Shown in pieces: positions 38,691 through 48,437 of a stretch of 64,000 nt of DNA. The notes below the pieces were generated by a model. It was not told the origin of the DNA, searched no databases, and saw only the letters and a program-made list of their open reading frames with translations. Location: assembly GCA_947589475.1 (NCBI GenBank), contig CANQBO010000006.1, forward strand, positions 9,214-73,213, in the 5' to 3' direction. The position numbers and the translations under genes were made by a program. Position 1 is the first letter of the stretch. Every line of letters starts with the position of its first letter. Source of the DNA: an uncultured Clostridia bacterium (lineage in GTDB: Bacteria > Bacillota > Clostridia > Christensenellales > CAG-917).

Positions 38691-41530
38691 TACTCGGAGC
38701 GGAGGGCGATGGCGGGGTCCTTGTTGGCGGCGATCCTCGAGGGAATGAAGCCCGCGAGCATACTGAGGAGCATGCTTATGCCGATCATGAGCACGCAATG
38801 CCACCACGTGACCGTCATCAAGCCTGAAATTCCGAATACGACCGTGAGTATAGCGCTGCCTGCGAGCGAGATGAGGAAGCTGACCACCGCGCCGATTACG
38901 CCCGAATAGCCGCCCAAAATCGCGGATTCGGCGATAAACACGCGGGATATATCCTTCTTCCTCGCGCCGATGGAGCGCAAGACGCCGATTTCCTTGCGGC
39001 GCTCGAGCACGGACGTATAGATGATGATCGCGATCATTATCGTGGACACGATGAGCGATATAGCGGCGAACGCTACAAGCACTCCCGTTATCGTCGTAGC
39101 CATGGTGTCAATGAAGCGCATCATGGTCTGGAGCGAGTCGGTGTAGGTGATCGTCTTGTCCTCATCTATGGAGTTGTATCTTGCTATAAATTCCTCAACA
39201 GCATGCTTTGTGTCGAATGACGAGCAATAGAATTCTATTGATTGCGGATATTCTATGTCCGCAAGTCCGAGTTGCCTCAGTATTGCAAAGTGAGCGGTGT
39301 CGTGCGAAAGCTCGCTATTATTTGTAAAATCTATTTCATCGCCGATCTTGACATCTACGCCTGCTCCGCCTGCCGAGTCCTTATTCGCTTTGTAATAGTA
39401 TTCTATAGGGCTTATATATTTGTAGGAGTTCGGGTCGCCATTTTCAAATTTTTCAAGAGCCTCATTAAAGCGTTTGTTCAGTTCGATGACGGCGGGATGT
39501 TCCGACGCTTTCTTAAACAGATAATCGGTGAGCTGGGAAGTGTATCCTATTACGCCCGTAATTGACGTTGCGACCGCGCCCTTCTTTGGTCTTACTACGC
39601 CCGAAACGCGAATGTGATCGCTCCCGTCGGGGAATTCCACAAATTTCAAGTTTTTTTCGAGATATTGTATGTTTTGCTCCGTGCGGGGATGCATGATCCA
39701 TGTGTTCGGCTCTTCGCCCTCTTCAAGATAATCGACGTTGTTCATGACCTTGTATTCAAGTCCGAGAAGTTCGTCTATAGAATAATCTTCTTCGCCGAAT
39801 TTACCTCCCGGAAGCATGGCGTTGACAACATCATCCTGAGACTGAAGTCCGAGCATAAACAGTTGATAGTCCATGAGGCGGTTGTTCTCGTTTACGACTA
39901 TGACGACTTCGTCCGCGCTCCTCGGCCAATGCGACCTCGATGTGACAAGTTCATATTGACTTTGCAACATTTCCATATTGTCGGACATTTCGCTCCAAGC
40001 AGAACCCACAAAATCCGTCAAATACGAGAGAGCCTCGTCAAGTTCATATTCCTTGCCCATTATTGTTATTTTAAAGTCTTTAAGCATACCTTGAATCACA
40101 GGATTCTTCAACAATCCTTCCAAAACTGTCTGCATCGTCTCAGTGTAGGGATTGACCTTCATATATCTTTCCGCATTGCCCTTGTCCGCAACATAGCAGT
40201 TGAAAGTCGTGCCGTAGTTGTATTTGACATCGGCAAGAGTCCTATCAAAGTTTGCGTCAACATACTTTTTGAAGCTGTACAGGTCGTTTTGGGAGCCTTT
40301 GGTCATTGTCTCAAACTCTTCAAGCACATTGCCGAGCACTTTTTGCACCTTTATGGTGTCATCGGAGAAATGATCGTCATCGGACGCCATCGCATTCATC
40401 ATCTTGCTTATGATCTCCATGCCGTCCATGCTGTTTTGGTTGACGGTTATGGGATAGCTTGAAAGCGCGCTCTCCTCAAGGCTGTTGATATAATCTCCCG
40501 CGCCGTTTGAAAGCGCAAGCACCAAAATTATGCCGATTATGCCAATACTGCCCGCTATGGACGTGAGCAAAGTCCTGCCCTTCTTTGAGATGAGGTTGTT
40601 CCAGCTGAGCGATATTGCCGTGCTGAATTTCATCGCCGCCTTGTCCGCTTTGCGTATCTTGCGCAACTTCTCCCTGAGCTTTGAAGTTTTCTTCTGCTTT
40701 GCCTCGCTCTGCTTTGACGGCGCGTTTTCTCCCTCGGAGTTTGCGTCCAAAACAGGCTCGCCGCTCTCGCCCGCAGTTTCGCCGCTTTCTTCGACTGCCG
40801 CGACGTCCTCGGCGCTTGCCTCTTTCTCCGCTCCGCTCTCTTCCTCCGCGCTGTCATAAGGCATCGTATCGCCCTCTATCTCTCCGTCTCGCAAGTACAC
40901 GATACGTGTGCTGTACTTTTGAGCAAGATCGGGATTGTGTGTGACCATAATGACCAGCCTGTCGTCGGCGACCTCTTTCAAAAGCTCCATGACCTGAACT
41001 CCCGATTCGGTGTCCAGCGCGCCCGTGGGTTCGTCCGCCAAAATTATCTCGGGATTGTTGACAAGCGCGCGGGCAATTGCGACGCGTTGCATCTGTCCGC
41101 CGCTAAGCTGGTTGGGCTTCTTGTTTGCCTGCGACTCAAGCCCGACCTTCCTCAAAGCCTCCAGCGCGCGCTGTTTGCGCTCGTCCCTAGAAACGCCCGC
41201 TATAGTCAAGGCAAGCGCGACGTTTTTCAAAATCGTCATGTGCGGGATGAGGTTGTAAGATTGGAAAACAAAACCTATTCTGCGATTGCGGTAGGTGTCC
41301 CAGTCCACGTCGTCGTACTGCGTGGTGGAAATTCCTTCGATTTGGATGTCTCCCGAAGTGTAACGATCGAGACCGCCTACTATGTTGAGAAGCGTCGTCT
41401 TGCCGCATCCGCTGGGTCCCAAAATGGAAACAAATTCGTTCCGTCTGAATTCTATGCTTACATGTTTAAGTGCAAGGACGCTCTCTTCGTCGACCTTGTA
41501 CTCTTTTACAATATCTATAAGTTTTAACAT
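38690..41530 (-). CDS. Fused ABC transporter: MacB/LolD-type ATPase + acidic linker + FtsX-type permease with a large extracytoplasmic domain
   Basis: 946 aa. It has Walker [10 protein letters not shown], the signature LSGGQMQR and Walker B ILADEP, then an E/A/S-rich linker, a TM helix, a soluble domain of about 430 aa and a C-terminal three-TM FtsX module. Confidence 0.88.
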   Translation of the reverse strand: MLKLIDIVKEYKVDEESVLALKHVSIEFRRNEFVSILGPSGCGKTTLLNIVGGLDRYTSGDIQIEGISTTQYDDVDWDTYRNRRIGFVFQSYNLIPHMTILKNVALALTIAGVSRDERKQRALEALRKVGLESQANKKPNQLSGGQMQRVAIARALVNNPEIILADEPTGALDTESGVQVMELLKEVADDRLVIMVTHNPDLAQKYSTRIVYLRDGEIEGDTMPYDSAEEESGAEKEASAEDVAAVEESGETAGESGEPVLDANSEGENAPSKQSEAKQKKTSKLREKLRKIRKADKAAMKFSTAISLSWNNLISKKGRTLLTSIAGSIGIIGIILVLALSNGAGDYINSLEESALSSYPITVNQNSMDGMEIISKMMNAMASDDDHFSDDTIKVQKVLGNVLEEFETMTKGSQNDLYSFKKYVDANFDRTLADVKYNYGTTFNCYVADKGNAERYMKVNPYTETMQTVLEGLLKNPVIQGMLKDFKITIMGKEYELDEALSYLTDFVGSAWSEMSDNMEMLQSQYELVTSRSHWPRSADEVVIVVNENNRLMDYQLFMLGLQSQDDVVNAMLPGGKFGEEDYSIDELLGLEYKVMNNVDYLEEGEEPNTWIMHPRTEQNIQYLEKNLKFVEFPDGSDHIRVSGVVRPKKGAVATSITGVIGYTSQLTDYLFKKASEHPAVIELNKRFNEALEKFENGDPNSYKYISPIEYYYKANKDSAGGAGVDVKIGDEIDFTNNSELSHDTAHFAILRQLGLADIEYPQSIEFYCSSFDTKHAVEEFIARYNSIDEDKTITYTDSLQTMMRFIDTMATTITGVLVAFAAISLIVSTIMIAIIIYTSVLERRKEIGVLRSIGARKKDISRVFIAESAILGGYSGVIGAVVSFLISLAGSAILTVVFGISGLMTVTWWHCVLMIGISMLLSMLAGFIPSRIAANKDPAIALRSE

Positions 41531-41675
41531 TATTCTATATTCCTCTTATATATTTTCGAGCCGCTTATCTTGCGCTCGTCGCCCCTATGCGGAGCTTGCA
41601 AAAGAGTATGGCTCAAGCACAAAACAGATGTCAGAATATAGATAAAAGCCACACCTCTTGCCTATATTTGCGGAT

Positions 41676-41704
41676 ATTATACAACTTAATTCAAGTTCGG
41701 TCAA
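41676..41704 (-). promoter_or_regulatory. Candidate promoter of the ABC gene (TTGACC-17-TATAAT)
   Basis: The -35 lies at 41699-41704 and the -10 at 41676-41681, which leaves a ~145-nt 5' UTR. Confidence 0.45.
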
Positions 41705-42110
41705 GCAAATCAAAGCTACCGCGCTTTTTGGCGCAAATTTAATAATACAAAAATGAAATTTCTGTATTGTTATAATACATTTTGCAAAATAATGGCGAAA
41801 ATTATATATATTTTTTATATATAATCAAATTGAGCGCGGCTTCCTCATTAACATTTGAAATAAAATCATAGCAAAATGGTACAATCAAAAATACGTTTTG
41901 TGTTTTCTAATTTTGACAATACATTAAAAACACAATTCGTGCTTCTATTTAAAACACTTAGCGTATTTTTATGTTTGATTTTCGATTTGTAGTAAATTTT
42001 TAATTCCATAGTTTGTCACATGTCTACGCAACGCGCGGCGAAGCTGTTTGCCTGCTTGCAAACATTAAATAAGAACCTCTCCGTCGCGCGTCGCATACTC
42101 CGCTCAAAAG

Positions 42111-42263
42111 CTATGCTTCGATCAAACTCAAAATATATCGTTTGCCGTCGTTTACGTCAATGTAACACACACATCCCATCGCTTTCTCAAGATAGGTCAC
42201 CTCTTTCACGCTTTCAATTTCAGTCGCCACAACTTCTCCTATCGAAATAAACAGCTCTTCCAT
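42111..42263 (-). CDS. Hypothetical 50-aa protein, divergent from the XRE pair
   Basis: MEELFISIGEVVATEIESVKEVTYLEKAMGCVCYIDVNDGKRYILSLIEA. A strong RBS AGGAGG lies 8 nt upstream of ATG 42263. The track ORF (42111-42341) starts further upstream without an RBS. Confidence 0.5.
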   Translation of the reverse strand: MEELFISIGEVVATEIESVKEVTYLEKAMGCVCYIDVNDGKRYILSLIEA

Positions 42264-42377
42264 AATTTGCACCTCCTGTTTTTTAACATGATAACTCAGT
42301 AATATTAAAATTGTCAATAAAAATTTCAGTATCACTGACATAATCTAACTACAAAATAAGCGATATTTAGGTGAATT

Positions 42378-42803
42378 ATGTCGAATTTGAGCGAAAGACT
42401 GAAATCGTTGCTTGAAGAGAGCGGTATAAGCGCGTCCGCGCTCGCAAAGAAGCTCTCGATAGCTCCCGCTACATTGCGCAATTGGATAAATTTCGACTGC
42501 GATCCGAAACTTATGCATCTTGTGCTTGTGGCGGATCATTTCGATTGCTCTTTGGAGTATCTTGTCGGGCGTAGCAACGACTATTCAAAGTCGGGTTTCA
42601 AACCTATTCCGCCATTCTCAACGCAACTAAGGAAAGTCATAGCCGACAGCGGTAAAACAATATATGCCGCATGCCAACAGACCTCTTTCAAATATCAATG
42701 CTTTGCGGATTGGTTTCATGGACAGCTTCCCCGCCTATCCTCTTTGATCAAACTCGCAGACTTCTTTGAAGTCACGCTAGATCAATTGGTCGGCAGAGAG
42801 TGA
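42378..42803 (+). CDS. XRE-family regulator with two tandem HTH domains (paralog 1)
   Basis: 141 aa. Both halves fit the HTH_XRE pattern (L..LL.e.gis...LAk.l......l..w.........l..lA..f..sl.yLvGR). Confidence 0.8.
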   Translation: MSNLSERLKSLLEESGISASALAKKLSIAPATLRNWINFDCDPKLMHLVLVADHFDCSLEYLVGRSNDYSKSGFKPIPPFSTQLRKVIADSGKTIYAACQQTSFKYQCFADWFHGQLPRLSSLIKLADFFEVTLDQLVGRE

Positions 42804-42816
42804 TTGGGGGCGCTGT

Positions 42817-43242
42817 ATGTCGAATATTCGCGAACGCCTTCTTTCATTGCTTGAGGAAAACAATATCAGCGCGTCTGCGCTTGCAAAACAGCTTGGTATG
42901 TCCCCTCCGACCCTGCTCAAGTGGTTGCATAGCGATGTTGACCCAAAACTTAAGCACTTGCTTATTGTCGCGAATCACTTTGATTGCTCGATCGAGTATT
43001 TGGTTGGCAGAAGCGACGACTACGCAAAATCAGGCTTTAGACCCGCGCCTCCGTTTGCCGTACAACTCAAGCGCGTAGTCGACGAAAGCGGAATTTCCAT
43101 CTATTCCGCTTGCAAACATACGACTTTCGCCTATCGTTGTTTTTGGGATTGGTTTCACGGACAGGAGCCGCTGCTCTCTTCTCTCATCCAACTAGCCGAT
43201 TTTTATGGCTTGACATTGGATCAATTGGTAGGCAGAGAGTGA
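42817..43242 (+). CDS. XRE-family regulator with two tandem HTH domains (paralog 2)
   Basis: 141 aa, collinear with paralog 1 at roughly 60% identity by eye, including the identical C-terminus LDQLVGRE. It begins 13 nt after paralog 1. Confidence 0.8.
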   Translation: MSNIRERLLSLLEENNISASALAKQLGMSPPTLLKWLHSDVDPKLKHLLIVANHFDCSIEYLVGRSDDYAKSGFRPAPPFAVQLKRVVDESGISIYSACKHTTFAYRCFWDWFHGQEPLLSSLIQLADFYGLTLDQLVGRE

Positions 43243-43261
43243 TTTATATTTTGAGCATAAT

Positions 43262-43577
43262 AAATACTAAACAAATACTCGGACAGAGGTTTATATAACG
43301 CAAACACGTATAACGTTAGTAGCTCAGACAGTGCTGAAGTACGCGTATAGGGAAACTCGGACAAAGTTTGCGTTATGGACTCGGACATGGCAAACGATAT
43401 GTATAAAAACACTCGGACAAGCGCGGTTTTAAGCAAATAGCGCGGTTTGAAAAAAACTGCTCAATTTGGATGAAGAACGCGAAAGCGCCCTTTTTCTGAA
43501 CACGAGCGTACATGGACGTACGTGACCGTGAGGAAAATTGCTTTTGACGTAGTATTTGGGCAAATAGCGCGGTTTTT
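43262..43577. repeat. Non-coding module B (homologous to 38400-38690) carrying five CTCRGACAR 9-mers
   Basis: The 9-mers lie at 43278, 43323, 43356, 43380 and 43412. The 15-mer CAAATAGCGCGGTTT lies at 43434 and 43561. The module ends 2 nt before the efp stop codon. Confidence 0.7.
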
Positions 43578-44144
43578 TTACACGCGGGACATGTATTCGC
43601 CTGTGCGCGTATCAATACGGATAGTGTCGCCCTCGTTGACAAACATGGGCACCATGAGTTCATAGCCTGTTTCGACTGTGGCGGGCTTGGTGGCGTTGGT
43701 GGCGGTGTTGCCTGCGACGGCAGGCTCACATACGGTGATGAGAAGCTCGACAAAGTTCGGCGGTTCGACGGAGAACGGAGAGCCTTGGAAGAACTTCATC
43801 GTTACGGGCATATTCTCCTTGACGAAGTTGAGCGCGTCCTCGACCTGCGAATGGTTGAGGGGGATCTGCTCATAAGTTTCCTCGTCCATGAAGTAATAAA
43901 ACTCGCCGTCGGTGTAAAGATATTGCATCGTCTTTGTTTCGATGTGAGCAAGCTCAAACTTTTCGGTGGGGTTGAAAGTCTGCTCCAAAACAGCGCCTGT
44001 GACGACGTTTTTCATCTTCATGCGGACGAATGCCGCGCCCTTGCCGGGCTTGACGTGCAAAAAGTCGACGACGGTCATGATCTTGTTGCCGTCATAGAGG
44101 AAGGTGACGCCCTTTCTCAAATCGCCTGCCATAACTTGTGCCAT
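43578..44144 (-). CDS. efp: Elongation factor P
   Basis: 188 aa. [20 protein letters not shown]...[17 protein letters not shown] matches the EF-P N-terminal KOW-like domain with its KPGKG loop. Confidence 0.96.
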   Translation of the reverse strand: MAQVMAGDLRKGVTFLYDGNKIMTVVDFLHVKPGKGAAFVRMKMKNVVTGAVLEQTFNPTEKFELAHIETKTMQYLYTDGEFYYFMDEETYEQIPLNHSQVEDALNFVKENMPVTMKFFQGSPFSVEPPNFVELLITVCEPAVAGNTATNATKPATVETGYELMVPMFVNEGDTIRIDTRTGEYMSRV

Positions 44145-44198
44145 AATATGATTCTCCTAAAATAAATTTGTATTCGGTAGGGTCTTGCCCTAAGTTTT

Positions 44199-44227
44199 AT
44201 TGTAACACGCAAATTTCCGCTTGGCAA
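44199..44227 (-). promoter_or_regulatory. Candidate efp promoter (TTGCCA-17-TACAAT)
   Basis: The -35 lies at 44222-44227 and the -10 at 44199-44204. Confidence 0.45.
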
Positions 44228-44302
44228 GAGCAAATGCCCTCTGAAGCGCAAAATCTCTCGCCTACGCGGAAAATTTGCACGTTGTTTTTGCGATTTCTTG
44301 CC

Positions 44303-45001
44303 TTATGCGGGCAGAATTATGAGTTTTGTATCCAGCCTTGACAGCTTGCCTTCGCCCACGACGAGGGTATCCTCGATGCGTACGCCCATCTCGCCCTCGA
44401 TGTAGATACCGGGTTCGATGGTGATGACCATGCCGTCCTCAAGCAGAGTCTCTGTGCCCTTGCCGACGCGCGGATCCTCGTGTATCAGCGTGCCCACGCC
44501 GTGACCCGTGGTGTGGATGAATTTGTCGCCGTAGCCCTTCTCGGAGATATAATCGCGACAAACCGCGTCGAGGTCGTGGCAGGATATGCCCGCCTTTGTC
44601 GCGGCGACTCCGCGCTTCTGCGCCTCGTAAACGATGTCGTAGACTTCGCGTTGTTTGTCGTCTATTGCTCCATAGGCGAACGTACGAGTGAAGTCCGAAC
44701 AATAGCCGCCGTATATCGCGCCCATATCTATGGTGACAAGCATGCCCGCCTCAAGCTTTTTGTCCGTGGGGACGTGGTGAGGTTCCGCCCCGCCCGCGCC
44801 AAAAGCGACTATGGTGTCAAAGGACAGCCCCTCTCCGCCGTGTTCTAGCACGAATTTTTCTATGAAATTTGCGACGTCAAGCTCGCTCATGCCGCCCTTG
44901 ACCCATCCGAGCACCGCCTCATAGCAGTCGTCGATGATCGCAACGGCGCGCTTTATGAGCGCGATTTGCTCTTTGTTTTTGACGATTTCGCTCATATGCA
45001 C
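44303..45001 (-). CDS. M24-family metallopeptidase, catalytic domain only (Xaa-Pro aminopeptidase-like)
   Basis: 232 aa. The pita-bread-fold metal ligands are present (DMGAIYGGYCSD, HGVGTLIHE, TIEPGIY). The usual N-terminal creatinase-like domain is missing. Confidence 0.8.
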   Translation of the reverse strand: MHMSEIVKNKEQIALIKRAVAIIDDCYEAVLGWVKGGMSELDVANFIEKFVLEHGGEGLSFDTIVAFGAGGAEPHHVPTDKKLEAGMLVTIDMGAIYGGYCSDFTRTFAYGAIDDKQREVYDIVYEAQKRGVAATKAGISCHDLDAVCRDYISEKGYGDKFIHTTGHGVGTLIHEDPRVGKGTETLLEDGMVITIEPGIYIEGEMGVRIEDTLVVGEGKLSRLDTKLIILPA

Positions 45002-45004
45002 CTC

Positions 45005-46630
45005 TTATTTGGCGTATTGCACGCTTCTGACCTCGCGAATGACGTTGACTTTGATCTGCCCCGGATACTCCATCTCGCTCTCGAGTTTTTCGGCGATGTC
45101 CTTTGCGAGGAATACGGTAGCTTCGTCGTTGACCTGCTCCGGCTTGACCATGACGCGTATCTCTCTGCCCGCCTGTACCGCGAACGTCTGATCCACGCCG
45201 TCAAATGATTTTGCGATCTCCTCAAGCTTCTCGATGCGCTTGACGTAGTTTTCCAAAGACTCGCGCCTTGCGCCGGGACGCGCGCTGGATATGGCGTCCG
45301 CCGCCTGAACAAGTACTGCGTCGATAGTCTGCGGGTCTATGTCGCCGTGGTGCGCGGCGATGGCGTGAATGACGTCGCTGTTTTCGTGATACCTCTTTGC
45401 GATGTCGACGCCCAGCTGGATATGCGTGCCCTCAAGCTCGTGATCGACAGCCTTTCCTATATCGTGCAACAATCCCGCGCGCCTTGCGATCTTGGGGTCT
45501 ATCCCCAGCTCCGCCGCCATAATAGACGCCAAAGACGCGACCTCTATGGAGTGCTTGAGCACGTTTTGCCCATAGCTCGTACGATATTTGAGTCTGCCGA
45601 GTATCTTGATCAGCTCGGGATGCAAGCCGTGCACGCCCACTTCAAACGCAGCCTCTTCGCCCGCTTCCTTTATGCTTGCCTCCACTTCGCGGCGGACCTT
45701 GTCCACCATCTCCTCGATGCGGGCGGGATGTATGCGGCCGTCCGTGATGAGTTTTTCAAGCGTGATCCTCGCAACCTCGCGCCTTACGGGATCGAAGCTC
45801 GAAAGCGTGATGACGTCGGGAGTGTCGTCGATTATGAGGTCAACGCCCGTCGCGCTCTCAAGCGCGCGGATATTGCGCCCCATACGTCCGATTATCCTGC
45901 CTTTCATCTCGTCGTTGGGCAGAGACACCACCGATACGGTGTTTTCCGTCGCGTGATCCGCGGCGCAACGTTGTATAGCTTGCGAAATGATGTTTTGCGC
46001 TTCCTTTGCAGCGTTTTCCTTCGTCTCGGCAATGATGCGTTTCGCGTCCTGCGCGGCTTCCTTCTTGACGTCCTCGAGCAGTGCGGACTTAAGCTCCGCC
46101 TGCGCCTCTTCCTTCGTCATGCCGGCGATACGTTCAAGCTCCTGTTGCATCTTCTGCTGAGCGCCGCCGAGTTCCTCCTCGATAGTTTTGAGTTTTTCCT
46201 TCGTCTCGTCGATCTGCTTTTGAGCTTTGTCGAGTTCCTCCGCTCTGCGGTCGAGGGACGCGTCTTTCTTGTCCTGTTGTTCCTGTCTCTTTTCGAGTGC
46301 GGCTTCGCGCTGAGCAAGCTTTGCCTCGGTACGTTGCCACTCCTGTTTGCGCTCTTTTGTCTCATGCTCGAAGTCCGCGCGCATCTTCTTGCGCTGTTCC
46401 TCCGCTTCGAGCAGTGCGTCTTGACGGATTGTTTTTGCTTCTAATCTTGCTTCTTCGATAATTCTCTTTGCCTCTTCTTTGGCGTTGCCTATCTTCTTCG
46501 ACGAACTCGAACGATACGCAAAGAAGAAAATGCCGATGCCGAGAAGTGCGCCCGCCGCCGCACAAGCCACCGCTATACCCGCGGTAGCGCCGCCGCTCAA
46601 GGCTGAAATGATGGTGTTGAAAAGGGCCAT
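45005..46630 (-). CDS. rny: Ribonuclease Y
   Basis: 541 aa, with an N-terminal TM helix, a coiled coil, a KH domain ([15 protein letters not shown]) and an HD domain ([12 protein letters not shown]). Confidence 0.95.
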   Translation of the reverse strand: MALFNTIISALSGGATAGIAVACAAAGALLGIGIFFFAYRSSSSKKIGNAKEEAKRIIEEARLEAKTIRQDALLEAEEQRKKMRADFEHETKERKQEWQRTEAKLAQREAALEKRQEQQDKKDASLDRRAEELDKAQKQIDETKEKLKTIEEELGGAQQKMQQELERIAGMTKEEAQAELKSALLEDVKKEAAQDAKRIIAETKENAAKEAQNIISQAIQRCAADHATENTVSVVSLPNDEMKGRIIGRMGRNIRALESATGVDLIIDDTPDVITLSSFDPVRREVARITLEKLITDGRIHPARIEEMVDKVRREVEASIKEAGEEAAFEVGVHGLHPELIKILGRLKYRTSYGQNVLKHSIEVASLASIMAAELGIDPKIARRAGLLHDIGKAVDHELEGTHIQLGVDIAKRYHENSDVIHAIAAHHGDIDPQTIDAVLVQAADAISSARPGARRESLENYVKRIEKLEEIAKSFDGVDQTFAVQAGREIRVMVKPEQVNDEATVFLAKDIAEKLESEMEYPGQIKVNVIREVRSVQYAK

Positions 46631-46807
46631 TTTCGACCTCCGATTTATATAATCAAAACCATGCTATAAAAACCGTGCTTAAAAACACAAAAGGCATTCG
46701 TTGCCCTGCATCGACCATTTTGCACGCGACCGTGCTTCGGGAATTACCCAAAAAAACAAATATAATCTATACAGTTATGTTTCTATATTATAGTTTTGTC
46801 GTAGAGT

Positions 46808-46836
46808 ATTATATCCCATTATAATATCAAAGTCAA
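46808..46836 (-). promoter_or_regulatory. Candidate rny promoter (TTGACT-17-TATAAT), giving a ~170-nt 5' UTR
   Basis: The -35 lies at 46831-46836 and the -10 at 46808-46813. Confidence 0.45.
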
Positions 46837-47080
46837 TCGCTGCATAAAAAAAGTTGCGAAGTAAACGCATTTTCGACCCAAAACAAATTTTCGCGACTTT
46901 AAATCGCCGTCAACGCAAAAATCTTGCGCCGTTCCTCTCTCCCCATAACGTTTTTAAGTACATATGCGACTTTTGCACGCCGAAGCGACATGCCAGAGGG
47001 ATGCGATATGCGGATTAACGCCCCAAGCACGCATAGCCGCCATAAAGCGTACATCTCAAATTAAAAAGCGGATAAATGAC

Positions 47081-47107
47081 AAAAAGCGGGGTTTATACCC
47101 GCTTTTT
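47081..47107. terminator. Bidirectional terminator downstream of the M16 peptidase gene
   Basis: AAAAAGCGGG (47081-47090) pairs with CCCGCTTTTT (47098-47107). Confidence 0.75.
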
Positions 47108-47126
47108 GAGATGATAAACATGCTTT

Positions 47127-48395
47127 TCAGGCATTTTTCAAAATTTTCAAAATGTCAACGCCGTCGTCGGGCGCGACTATGGAAGCGGAGGCTTTGTCGA
47201 AGTCGAAAATATATCTCGCCGCTTCGAAAACGTCCGAGGCGGTCATAGAGTCTATGCTCGCGATCCTGCCGTCGAGGTCGTAAAGTTCGCCCGTCTCTAT
47301 ACAGTAGGATCCAAACGTGCGCATCATAGATGCGGTGCTTTCCTGCGCCAGCACAATTGCGGTCTTGAGCTGTTCTTTGCCCTTTTTAAGTTCCTGCTCG
47401 GTCACGCCGTCCTTGAGAAGGAGGTCAATCTCTCCCCTTATCGCTCTCACTGCTTGCTCGACGCTTTCGGGATTTGTCGCGGTATAGATGATGTACGCGC
47501 CGTTGTTCTTGTATGTGGACGGATAGCCGAGGATGGTGTAGCAAAGTCCCAACCTTTCGCGCACGCTCTGAAACAGGCGCGAGGACATTTCCGTACTGAA
47601 AATCGCGCTCATCAGCTGGACGGCTACCATGCGAGGGTCCGTAAACGAGTAGCACGGAAAAGCGAAGGCGAGATGAGATTGCTCTATATGCTTTTTCTTT
47701 TTGGTCAAGACGCAGTTCGTCTTTGCGCGGGGCGGCTCCTCGAAGCGCGCGCCCGAGGGCTTCATCCTGCTTTCAAAGCGCCTCCTTGTCAGCGCGATTG
47801 CGTCCTCTTCGGTGATGTTCCCCGCGATCGAAACGACGGTGTTTTCGGGGACGTACATCTGCTTATGGTAGGCTTTGAGAGTTTCGCTCGTCATAGACGC
47901 CAACGTTTTCTTTGTGCCCAGAATGGGTTTTTCAAGCGGATGTCCCTTGAAAAATGCGGTGAGCAACCTCTCGAGACAGACGTCGTCGGGGGTGTCCTCG
48001 CTCTCGTTTATTTCCTCGATGACGACCTTCCTTTCCTTGACAAGTTCGTCGTCGTCAAAGGACGGGTCGAAGTAAAGATCGGCGAGTATCTCGGCGCACT
48101 TGTCCGCGTTTGTATCCAAAGACACCGTGTGAAAACAGGTGTATCTCTTTGAGGTGTACGCGTTTATCTGCGCGCCTATGCTGTCGATGTCGTTGACGAT
48201 GTCAAACCCGGAGCGCGTAGAAGTGCCCTTAAATACCATGTGCTCGATAAAATGCGAAATACCCGCAAGGTCTTTGCTCTCGCGTATGACCCCCGCGCCC
48301 ACGAATACGCCTATCGCGACCGACCTCACCGTCGGATCGTACGCGTGCACGAGTTTAAGTCCGCTTTCAAAAGAAATGAGTTTTTGCATATGCAT
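47127..48395 (-). CDS. M16-family (pitrilysin/insulinase-like) zinc peptidase
   Basis: The HFIEHMVFKGT inverted zinc motif (HxxEH) is present. The start was taken at ATGCATATG (48395/48389), giving about 422 aa. The track's 5' extension to 49133 is antisense to the deacetylase gene. Confidence 0.88.
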   Translation of the reverse strand: MHMQKLISFESGLKLVHAYDPTVRSVAIGVFVGAGVIRESKDLAGISHFIEHMVFKGTSTRSGFDIVNDIDSIGAQINAYTSKRYTCFHTVSLDTNADKCAEILADLYFDPSFDDDELVKERKVVIEEINESEDTPDDVCLERLLTAFFKGHPLEKPILGTKKTLASMTSETLKAYHKQMYVPENTVVSIAGNITEEDAIALTRRRFESRMKPSGARFEEPPRAKTNCVLTKKKKHIEQSHLAFAFPCYSFTDPRMVAVQLMSAIFSTEMSSRLFQSVRERLGLCYTILGYPSTYKNNGAYIIYTATNPESVEQAVRAIRGEIDLLLKDGVTEQELKKGKEQLKTAIVLAQESTASMMRTFGSYCIETGELYDLDGRIASIDSMTASDVFEAARYIFDFDKASASIVAPDDGVDILKILKNA

Positions 48396-48437
48396 ATTAT
48401 AACACATAGTTTCCATTCGGCAAACATAATTTGTAAC

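Noticed and set aside
43221-43436. The 71-aa minus-strand ORF across module B (repeated LSE tripeptides), together with ORF 38523-38807 across module A.
   Set aside because: The LSE repeats are simply the translated 9-mer. The two modules do not share a reading frame. There is no RBS, and the ORFs overlap the neighbouring real genes.
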